A stretch of 24,000 nt of DNA, taken from NCBI RefSeq assembly GCF_963674485.2, contig NZ_CAXXKW010000002.1; one strand, given 5' to 3'. Below are positions 11,684-18,454 of this stretch, in pieces (position 1 is the first letter of the stretch; the number at the start of each line of letters is the position of its first letter). Under the pieces are notes generated by a model. That model worked only from the letters and a program-made list of their open reading frames with translations, was not told where the DNA came from and did no database searches. Source of the stretch: an uncultured Methanolobus sp. Lineage in GTDB: Archaea; Halobacteriota; Methanosarcinia; Methanosarcinales; Methanosarcinaceae. The position numbers were made by a program, and so were the translations under genes.

Positions 11684-12829
11684 ATGAAGAACAAGTATTA
11701 CTTTTACAGGAATCCATTTTTCAAGGTATATGCCCAGATAGAGGATGGCCGGGTAAAAATGAAGACTTCCGGTATCGCGTCCTCTATCATGGGTTCTTAC
11801 GTTTCGGAAATGATGGAGATATTTGAGGATACAAAACCTTCAAAAGTGGAAAAGAACCAGTTGATATATTCCACCTGGATGCCTCCTATACCCAGCAAGG
11901 CATTTGACAGGCTTGTTGCAAGCCAGATGAGTGCGATGAGGGGTAAATTCGTTCCGGAACAGATCACAATTTCAATTACCGAAGAGTGCCCTAACAGGTG
12001 TATACACTGTGCTCTTCCTGATACCAAGAACAAAGCAAGGCTCAGTCCCGATGCTGTGAAAAGTGTCATCGACCAAACCCAGAAGATGGGTACGACCCTC
12101 ATTATATTTGATGGGGGGGAACCTCTGTTATATGATGGCCTTGAGGATCTCATAAGTTATGTCGATAAATCCCGTGCGATTCCGGGTCTTTTCACATCCG
12201 GTGTGGGCATGACTCCGCAACGTGCATTGAGCCTGAAGGACGCGGGTCTCTCCATGCTCAGTGTGAGTCTTGACAGCGCAAATGAAGAAGGTCACGATTA
12301 CATGCGTGGAAGGCCGGGCGTGTTTAACGATGCTGTCAATGCCATAAAGAATGGTCTGGATGCAGGCTTGCTGGTTGGCATTTACGTTGTTCTTTCACCA
12401 AGGAATGTTGATGAGCTTGATGAATTCTATGAGCTTGCAAAGGAACTCGGTGTGCATGAACTTTCTTTCTATGAAATAGTCCCAACCGGAAGATGGCAGG
12501 GTCATGAAAAAGAAGTTCTCTCAGCCGAAGGCCTGAAAAAGTTCGATGATTTCGTAGAACGCAAATCTCATGCTCAAGGCCCACGTGTTTTCCCGATTCC
12601 TCAGATCTTAAGGAAAATGGGGTGTTTTGCAGGCAGAAAATGGCTTCATGTAACTCCTGAAGGCGATGTACTTCCATGTGCATGCATGCCAAAACCATAT
12701 GGTAACATCCATGAGGAAAGCCTGGCTTCCATATGGAAAAAGATATACAAAGATCCTGTTTTCACTTCAGGTCCCTGTCTTATGAGGGATTCTGAATTTA
12801 GGACGGTCCATCTCGGACTGGAAAAATAG
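11684..12829 (+). CDS. Radical SAM enzyme with C-terminal SPASM/twitch-like Cys-rich extension and an N-terminal extension of about 95 aa
   Basis: CxxxCxxC cluster motif ITEECPNRCIHCA, GGEPLL SAM-binding motif, and a C-terminal CFAG...LHVTPEGDVLPCACMP...GPC pattern typical of auxiliary-cluster domains. The ATG lies 3 nt after the stop of the preceding gene. Confidence 0.8.
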   Translation: MKNKYYFYRNPFFKVYAQIEDGRVKMKTSGIASSIMGSYVSEMMEIFEDTKPSKVEKNQLIYSTWMPPIPSKAFDRLVASQMSAMRGKFVPEQITISITEECPNRCIHCALPDTKNKARLSPDAVKSVIDQTQKMGTTLIIFDGGEPLLYDGLEDLISYVDKSRAIPGLFTSGVGMTPQRALSLKDAGLSMLSVSLDSANEEGHDYMRGRPGVFNDAVNAIKNGLDAGLLVGIYVVLSPRNVDELDEFYELAKELGVHELSFYEIVPTGRWQGHEKEVLSAEGLKKFDDFVERKSHAQGPRVFPIPQILRKMGCFAGRKWLHVTPEGDVLPCACMPKPYGNIHEESLASIWKKIYKDPVFTSGPCLMRDSEFRTVHLGLEK

Positions 12830-12843
12830 TGTTGTTCTAAAAT

Positions 12844-12887
12844 AGTTTCAACAAAAAACAGTTGAAATGAGGGTGAAGATCACCCTC
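12844..12887. terminator. Two tandem hairpins in a convergent intergenic region (candidate bidirectional terminator)
   Basis: Hairpin 1: TTTCAAC (12846-12852) pairs with GTTGAAA (12861-12867). Hairpin 2: GAGGGTG (12869-12875) pairs with CACCCTC (12881-12887) around a 5-nt loop, followed by T-rich TTAATTTTGATT. They sit between the radical SAM stop (12829) and the coiled-coil gene stop (12898). Confidence 0.4.
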
Positions 12888-12897
12888 TTAATTTTGA

Positions 12898-13806
12898 TTA
12901 TTTCAGGAATCCTGATCTCTGGAGAGCCATCAGGTTCTCCATAGTAAGCTTTCCACCGGACTTGAACTTGTCAAAGATGTCTTCTGCATCCTTGCGTGCG
13001 TCTGCCCTTGCAGCTTCCTTCTTACCGTCGAAATCTCCTTTCTTCATCTTGCGGAGTTCCTTGTCAATGTCACGGATCTCTTTCTGGGCTGCAATGAAGA
13101 GTTTGTGCTGTTCGTCAGCTTTTTCCTGGAATTGAACGAATTCTTTGTGAGCAGCATCAGATTCTGCGCGAATCTTGTCGGCCTCTTTGAAGGTGGTGAT
13201 CATCTTGTCATGATATTCCTGTGCCTTCTGTGCATACTCTGAAAGTGTAGCGTGATGATTTGAAGCTTCGTCCCTGATCTCCTGTGCTTCGTCCAGCAGT
13301 TTCTTGAGTTCTTCATTTCCTTCAAGTTGCTGTTTCTTTACCACATATTGCTTCTGGAGTTCAGTGATCTTGTTGACCAATTCTCTTTCCTTGTTGGTTG
13401 TGAGGACTTCTGTCTGCTGTGCAAACTCAAGTCTGTCGATCTCCTTGCGTATATCTTTGATAGAAGGGCCACCAAGGTTATTCTCATTACGGATCTGGTC
13501 TATCTTGGCAAAAACGTCGTTCGCCTTGTTGTTGATCTCATCACGGAGTACCTTGTATTCCTTAACCTTCTCGTTGTTCTCGTCACGGAGTACCTTGTAT
13601 TCCTGTGCCTCGTTGATAAGATCCTTAGTCTTCTTGTTCAGCTCATTGCGCTTTGATGCAAGTGTGCTTGCCTCAGCATTAAGCTCGTTACGTTTCTCTT
13701 TGTATTCTTCTGACTGGGTCTTAAGCTCAGTCTTCTTGTCGTTAAGTTCTTTTATCATTTCTTTATTATCCTCCCGGTCCAGCAAAAGAGCTGGCATTTC
13801 ATGCAT
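12898..13806 (-). CDS. Uncharacterized archaeal coiled-coil protein (K/E/Q-rich)
   Basis: About 300 aa of near-continuous heptad-like K/E/L/N sequence ending in ...LTMENLMALQRSGFLK. The track start (13872) overlaps serB by 74 nt. I prefer ATG 13806 (the ATGCATGAAATG context overlaps the serB TGA) or ATG 13797. Confidence 0.7.
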   Translation of the reverse strand: MHEMPALLLDREDNKEMIKELNDKKTELKTQSEEYKEKRNELNAEASTLASKRNELNKKTKDLINEAQEYKVLRDENNEKVKEYKVLRDEINNKANDVFAKIDQIRNENNLGGPSIKDIRKEIDRLEFAQQTEVLTTNKERELVNKITELQKQYVVKKQQLEGNEELKKLLDEAQEIRDEASNHHATLSEYAQKAQEYHDKMITTFKEADKIRAESDAAHKEFVQFQEKADEQHKLFIAAQKEIRDIDKELRKMKKGDFDGKKEAARADARKDAEDIFDKFKSGGKLTMENLMALQRSGFLK

Positions 13807-14497
13807 CTCTAATGCACGATACTTGGCCTTTTTCCGATTCCAACAACTGGATAACCGGTATAACTGCTTCAAGGTTCTTTTCTGTTATGACAATATCAGC
13901 ATGCTCATGGAGAATCGGTTTGGAATTGAATGCTATGGCATATCTTGCCCTTTTAAAAATACATATGTCATTGGCACCGTCACCAACCACAATACATTCT
14001 TCAGGTTCTAATCCATATTTTCGGGATATTTCTTCAAGAACATGTTCTTTAGAACACTGTCCTGTAAGAGGGCCCTTTACCTCTCCTGTCAGACATCCGT
14101 TGTCTACCAGTAGTTCATTTGAAACCACATGATCCATTCCAAGTGTTTCACCAACACGCTCTGCAGCTATGGTAAATCCACCGGAGATCATTGCGGTTTT
14201 ATAACCTCGGGATTTCAGGTATTTGACAAGTTCTTTCGCACCGGGCATAAAAGGCATTTTGTCAAGCGCAACATGGGCATCATCGAGTGTAAGTCCTTTT
14301 AGCAGTCTCACCCTCTCAACAAGTGCATTCGAAAAATCAAGTTCTCCACGCATTGCTTTTTCTGTAATAGAGGCGACTTCGTCTCCCACTCCGGCGGCAT
14401 GTGCAAGCTCGTCAATGGTTTCAGCATCAATAAGGGTGCTATCCATATCAAAAACTACTAACTTTATCCTATCAGAATTATTGCTGGTACGACTCAC
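13799..14497 (-). CDS. serB: Phosphoserine phosphatase (HAD superfamily)
   Basis: HAD motif I VVFDMDSTLI, motif II ISGGF, motif III and IV K...GDGANDI. The overall SerB-like sequence includes AETIDELA and MRGELDF. GTG start. Confidence 0.85.
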   Translation of the reverse strand: MSRTSNNSDRIKLVVFDMDSTLIDAETIDELAHAAGVGDEVASITEKAMRGELDFSNALVERVRLLKGLTLDDAHVALDKMPFMPGAKELVKYLKSRGYKTAMISGGFTIAAERVGETLGMDHVVSNELLVDNGCLTGEVKGPLTGQCSKEHVLEEISRKYGLEPEECIVVGDGANDICIFKRARYAIAFNSKPILHEHADIVITEKNLEAVIPVIQLLESEKGQVSCIRDA

Positions 14498-14680
14498 TTC
14501 ATCAAACCTGGAATTTCAATCCCGCATTGAAACAGTATTTAAGTGCCGAGATTGATTTGAAATACGCTACATTGCTTTTAAGGCTTTCGGATAGAATGCA
14601 GTGTTCATATCAGTTCTATTTTTTTGTGCGAGCATGCTATAAAATGCGATATGATGGAGGGTTCTTTATAATGTCAATAA

Positions 14681-14688
14681 TTATATAA
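14681..14688 (+). promoter_or_regulatory. Candidate TATA box (TTATATAA) for the stressosome-like operon
   Basis: It lies in a 234-bp AT-rich divergent intergenic region. It is placed so that the predicted transcription start (about 14708-14712) precedes the Shine-Dalgarno AGAGGT at 14718-14723 and the ATG at 14732. Position-based only. Confidence 0.3.
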
Positions 14689-14731
14689 TAATGAAATGTA
14701 TATTTACTATGGATTTTAGAGGTATTATATT

Positions 14732-15526
14732 ATGTCAAAAAATGAAACTCTTTCTGTAACGGATAATTTTTCTAATAAAAATATACTTGATCAACTTCCA
14801 TGTATGGTGATGGCAGTTGATCGAGATTTCAATATCCTTTCCCTTAATGCTGTTGGATCTAGGTGGCTTGGGGAGGATTTTGAGAACATTGAAGGTAAGA
14901 AATGTTATGACCTGGTGCGTTCCCCTCATTGTAATACCAACAATTGCCGTGTCAAACAAGCCATGGAAAACGGCAAGGTATATGTCTGGAGAAATGAGAT
15001 CACAGCTGCTGGCAAAACCTTCCCTGTGGAGTATACTGCGGCTCCATTGAAGGATAAAGAAGGTAACATTATAGGTGGAGTTGAATATGTCATTGACATA
15101 AGCGACAGGGTAAAGATCGAAGCAGAGGTCCGGGCTCACAGCCGTACTATAATGGAACTTTCAACACCTGTTATAAAACTCTGGGATGGCATCGTGATCC
15201 TTCCTCTTGTAGGGGTGATCGATACAATGCGTGCCCAGCAGATCATTGAGAACCTATTATCTTCCATTGTTGAAAATGAGGCAGCTGTGGCAATACTTGA
15301 CGTGACCGGTGTTCCAATGATTGACACAAGCGTTGCACAGCATATCCTGAAGACTGTAAGTGCCGGCAAAATGCTTGGTGCGGAAGTTATTATTACAGGT
15401 TTCAGTCCAAATGTTGCCCAGACAATTGTGACTCTGGGAGTTGACATGAGTGGTATAATTACTACCGGTTCATTGCGTGACGGTGTCTCAAAGGCTTTTG
15501 CTCTTGTAGGCAAAAAACTGGTATGA
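14732..15526 (+). CDS. RsbR-like stressosome sensor: N-terminal PAS domain with a Cys/His cluster plus C-terminal STAS domain
   Basis: The C-terminal 120 aa (TPVIKLWDGIVILPLVGVIDTMRAQQIIENLL...LDVTGVPMIDTSVAQHILK...GAEVIITGFSPNVAQTIVTLGVDMSG) aligns by eye with the RsbR STAS domain, including Thr at the positions of B. subtilis RsbRA T171 and T205. The N-terminus is PAS-like (LDQLPCMVMAVD...PLKDKEGNIIGGVEYVIDISDR). Confidence 0.85.
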   Translation: MSKNETLSVTDNFSNKNILDQLPCMVMAVDRDFNILSLNAVGSRWLGEDFENIEGKKCYDLVRSPHCNTNNCRVKQAMENGKVYVWRNEITAAGKTFPVEYTAAPLKDKEGNIIGGVEYVIDISDRVKIEAEVRAHSRTIMELSTPVIKLWDGIVILPLVGVIDTMRAQQIIENLLSSIVENEAAVAILDVTGVPMIDTSVAQHILKTVSAGKMLGAEVIITGFSPNVAQTIVTLGVDMSGIITTGSLRDGVSKAFALVGKKLV

Positions 15527-15542
15527 ACTCAAAGGTGATCCT

Positions 15543-15908
15543 ATGGAAATACCAATGCTCAAACTGAAAAATATTCTGCTCACTTCTATACAGAGTGATA
15601 TGACGGACGATGATGCTCTGAAATATCAATCGGATGTTGTTTCAACCCTGGAAAAAAGTAGTTTAAAAGGTCTCATCATTGACATAACAGCAATGGATAT
15701 TGTGGATACTTTCATGGCCCGTGTAATCAACGAGACGGCAAGAATGGCACGCCTTATGGGTACCCGGGTTGTTCTGTGTGGTATGCAGCCAATGGTTGCA
15801 CTGACACTGGTTGAAATGGGGAGGGAATTAATTGGCGTTGACACTGCCCTTAATCTTGACAAAGGCTTTGACAAGCTTCTTGAAATGATTGAAGAAGGAG
15901 TTGAGTAA
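15543..15908 (+). CDS. RsbS-like single-domain STAS protein (stressosome scaffold)
   Basis: 121 aa. IPMLKLKNILLTSIQSDMTDDDALKYQ...GLIIDITAMDIVDTFMARV...GTRVVLCGMQPMVALTLVEMG closely parallels B. subtilis RsbS, with Thr at the position of the phosphorylatable Ser59 (DIVDTF). GGTGA lies 4 nt before the ATG. Confidence 0.88.
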   Translation: MEIPMLKLKNILLTSIQSDMTDDDALKYQSDVVSTLEKSSLKGLIIDITAMDIVDTFMARVINETARMARLMGTRVVLCGMQPMVALTLVEMGRELIGVDTALNLDKGFDKLLEMIEEGVE

Positions 15909-16311
15909 CATAGGCGAGAAAAGCATAGATCTCAAAATTGAAGATGATATTCTCATAGCCAGGCAGGTTGCCAGAAAAGAAATGGCAGAAATTGGCTTTG
16001 GTTCTGCAGACCAGACTCGCATGGCTACTGCAATCTCTGAGCTGACGCGCAATGTGATCAAATATGCAGGGGAAGGTGTATGCCACATAATTACGGAAGT
16101 TTCATCGGCAGAAATTAAGGTGAAAGTAGAGATCGAAGACTATGGTCCGGGGATTGCCGATCTGAATAAGGCCATGGAAGACGGATATACAACAGGTGGA
16201 GGTTTGGGTGCAGGTCTTCCCGGTGCAAAGAGACTTGTTAATGATTTTTCCATAGAATCACGTCCTGGATTAACAAAAATAAATTTAGAGATGTGTCGTC
16301 CTAATGTCTGA
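15889..16311 (+). CDS. RsbT-like serine/threonine kinase (GHKL ATPase, anti-sigma-factor-kinase fold)
   Basis: IEDDILIARQVARKEMAEIGFGSADQTRMATAISELTRNVIKYAG...IEDYGPGI...MEDGYTTGGGLGAGLPGAKRLVNDF parallels RsbT along its full length (N box, G1, G2). The start is uncertain: TTG 15889 or TTG 15901, with no in-frame ATG. It overlaps the rsbS-like stop. Confidence 0.85.
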   Translation: MKKELSNIGEKSIDLKIEDDILIARQVARKEMAEIGFGSADQTRMATAISELTRNVIKYAGEGVCHIITEVSSAEIKVKVEIEDYGPGIADLNKAMEDGYTTGGGLGAGLPGAKRLVNDFSIESRPGLTKINLEMCRPNV

Positions 16312-16747
16312 AATTCTTGAATATACGTCTCCTGAAGATGGACTGAAGTTGATGGTAGAGGTAACGAATTTGTCCCATGTTGCAAATGTTCAGACCACTG
16401 TTCGCTCAATTGCAAAGAAACTAGGATTCTCAGAACTTGCTTCACATAAAGCCGCGACTTCTGCATCAGAGCTTGCTTCTAATCTGGTACATCATGCCAA
16501 TAACGGTGGCTCCATAATTATCAGGGAAATCAGGAAAAGCGGATACGTAGGAATTGAGATAGTATCTGATGATTCGGGTCCGGGTATAAAGGATGTAGAT
16601 CTGGCTTTGCAGGATGGGTATTCCACAGGTAACGGCCTTGGTTCTGGGCTGCCTGCAGTTAAAAGGATTATGGACGAATTAGAAATTACAGTAACAGGCG
16701 ATTCAAAGACCTGTATTAAAACCCGGTTGTGGTATTTATGCGAGTAG
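16304..16747 (+). CDS. Second RsbT/RsbW-like GHKL serine kinase paralog
   Basis: ASELASNLVHHANNGG (N box), SDDSGPGI (G1) and QDGYSTGNGLGSGLPAVKRIMDEL (G2). The ATG overlaps the preceding stop by 8 nt. Confidence 0.8.
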   Translation: MSEILEYTSPEDGLKLMVEVTNLSHVANVQTTVRSIAKKLGFSELASHKAATSASELASNLVHHANNGGSIIIREIRKSGYVGIEIVSDDSGPGIKDVDLALQDGYSTGNGLGSGLPAVKRIMDELEITVTGDSKTCIKTRLWYLCE

Positions 16748-17310
16748 CAACAGAATCACGTTCTTTTAATGGTGATGTACATTGCGGGGATCAGTGTGAC
16801 TGGTGGCTTGAAGATGATACATTGACCCTTTGTATGATTGATGGGCTCGGCCATGGCAAACCTGCCGAAGAAGCAGCAAAAGCTGCTATTGATTATGTTT
16901 CCTGTCATCTGCAGGAGTCTCTTGGCACATTGTTCTCAGGATGTGACAAAGCTATAAGGCAAACAAGAGGTGTAGCCATGAGCATCGCCAGAATCGATCA
17001 GAATGAAGGCAGTCTCGAGTATGGGGGTATTGGGAATACTCGCACAATGATATGTGGTGAAAAATCATCTAATCTTCCTTCCAGCTGGGGAATTGTTGGG
17101 GGTGGATTCAGACATTTGCATATTGAGAGGGCAAACATTTCTCAGGATGACCTTCTGATAATGTGGACTGATGGAATTCCTGAAAACATCACGATTTCGT
17201 CGTATGATTCCTACATGCTACAGGATGAACAACAGCTGGCAAAAAAAATACTGGATGATCATGGGCGTATGACTGATGATGCAACCATATTGGTGTATTT
17301 GAAGGGGTGA
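16738..17310 (+). CDS. RsbX-like PP2C (SpoIIE-type) serine phosphatase
   Basis: CGDQCDWW...LCMIDGLGHG...RGVAMSIARID...YGGIGNTR...IMWTDGI...TDDATILVY aligns with B. subtilis RsbX motif by motif. I prefer ATG 16738, though GTG 16729 is also in frame. It overlaps the upstream gene by 10 nt. Confidence 0.85.
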   Translation: MRVATESRSFNGDVHCGDQCDWWLEDDTLTLCMIDGLGHGKPAEEAAKAAIDYVSCHLQESLGTLFSGCDKAIRQTRGVAMSIARIDQNEGSLEYGGIGNTRTMICGEKSSNLPSSWGIVGGGFRHLHIERANISQDDLLIMWTDGIPENITISSYDSYMLQDEQQLAKKILDDHGRMTDDATILVYLKG

Positions 17311-17394
17311 TGCATTATTACAGAAACAGATTTTAAAGAAAGGTATTATCAGATTCTGAAAGGTTACGTTACTACCCGTGAAGAGAAATACCTG

Positions 17395-18333
17395 ATGAGG
17401 TCTGAAGACCTGGGCTATGAGCTTGTCAGGTTTAATGTCCCTCCTGAAGATATTGTTGAACTACATGAGGTGGCGATTTCCAGGCTGGCTACTGACCTCC
17501 CTGCCAAAAGTATGATGGAATCTGTAGGCTTCCTTTCCACACCACTTGTAGAACTCATGATGGCATATGGTCTTGCGTTCAGGCAATGGATAGAGGATCT
17601 GGAAAAAAGCAAACAAGAACTCATTATGTATGCTCAGGAGTTACAACATTCCAATGAGCTGAAAGAGCTTTTTGCCGACATTATGCGCCATGATCTCCTG
17701 AATCCTGCTTCTCTGGTCAGCGGCTTTGTTTCTATTTTGCTTGAATGGGAGGAAGATGAAAAGAAAAAGTCCCTGCTTACAAATATAGACAAGAGCAACC
17801 GAAATCTTGTATACATTATAGAGAAAGCAGCAGAATTTGCCAAACTGGATTCTGTGGAAGAGCTGGACTTTTCTACCCATGACCTTGATTTAATTCTGCG
17901 GGATATTGTAGATACTTTCATGCCCAAGTTCGACGAAAATGAAATAACAGTGGGCATGAGTACTGACGGATCACACCTGGCATTGGTAAATCCTCTAATT
18001 GAGCAGGTTTTCATTAACCTCATTTCCAATGCCATAAAATATGGTCCAAAAGGTGGTCATGTGGAGATATTCATGTCGGATGCCGGGGATGAATGGCAGG
18101 TTAATGTGAAAGACAATGGCAGTGGCATACCTGAACAGGATAGGGAAATGATCTTCACCCGTTTCTCACGATTGGACAAGGTTAACAAAGGCAGTATCAA
18201 AGGTACAGGTCTTGGTCTTGCAATTGTGCACAAGATAGTTACTCTTCATAATGGTAGTGTTGGCGTGGATAGTAATTATCCTGAAACCGGTAGTACTTTC
18301 TGGGTCCGGTTTAATAAGGCCCCGACAATTTAG
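17395..18333 (+). CDS. Soluble histidine kinase with RsbU_N-like (RsbT-docking) N-terminal domain, HisKA and HATPase_c; the true start probably lies upstream
   Basis: H box FADIMRHDLLNP, N box LISNAIKYGPKGG, G1 KDNGSGIP, G2 GTGLGLAIV. No transmembrane segment and no receiver domain. The N-terminus (VPPEDIVELHEVAISRL...PLVELMMAYGLAFRQ) resembles B. subtilis RsbU residues about 40-85. The frame stays open back to 17311, and those 28 codons (..TDFKERYYQILKGYV..) match the start of RsbU_N. 17395 is merely the first ATG. Confidence 0.8.
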   Translation: MRSEDLGYELVRFNVPPEDIVELHEVAISRLATDLPAKSMMESVGFLSTPLVELMMAYGLAFRQWIEDLEKSKQELIMYAQELQHSNELKELFADIMRHDLLNPASLVSGFVSILLEWEEDEKKKSLLTNIDKSNRNLVYIIEKAAEFAKLDSVEELDFSTHDLDLILRDIVDTFMPKFDENEITVGMSTDGSHLALVNPLIEQVFINLISNAIKYGPKGGHVEIFMSDAGDEWQVNVKDNGSGIPEQDREMIFTRFSRLDKVNKGSIKGTGLGLAIVHKIVTLHNGSVGVDSNYPETGSTFWVRFNKAPTI

Positions 18334-18454
18334 CCATATTTTCTCATTTATTCCACGTTTTTCTTTTATAATGTATCTATCCTGATTGTGCAATGGAAGT
18401 GTTATTCCAAAAATAATATATGCTACTCTGCCCATTGCACTACTGTGATTTTAC

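Noticed and set aside
13304-14011. 235-aa plus-strand ORF (Ser/Leu/Phe-rich), with a nested 109-aa ORF, antisense to the coiled-coil gene and serB
   Set aside because: The low-complexity composition is the mirror image of a K/E/L-rich coiled-coil coding strand, whose complement is poor in stop codons. There are no motifs or start context.
14513-14531. 7-bp stem hairpin TTTCAAT-CCCGC-ATTGAAA in the serB/stressosome divergent intergenic region
   Set aside because: It is short and AT-rich, it is expected by chance, and no flanking conserved structure is visible.
17308-17310. In-frame TGA between the PP2C and the histidine kinase read as selenocysteine
   Set aside because: I see no SECIS-like hairpin in the downstream region. 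To my knowledge Sec decoding in archaea is confined to Methanococcales and Methanopyrus rather than Methanosarcinales. An indel or an alternative start is more parsimonious. This is kept only as a minor alternative in the finding.
18388-18440. 9-bp perfect inverted repeat GTGCAATGG / CCATTGCAC bracketing the TATA-like AATAATATAT upstream of mtd, a possible operator
   Set aside because: A rough expectation is several 9-bp inverted repeats with spacing under 50 nt by chance in 24 kb. It does not extend beyond 9 bp, so on its own it is not distinguishable from chance.
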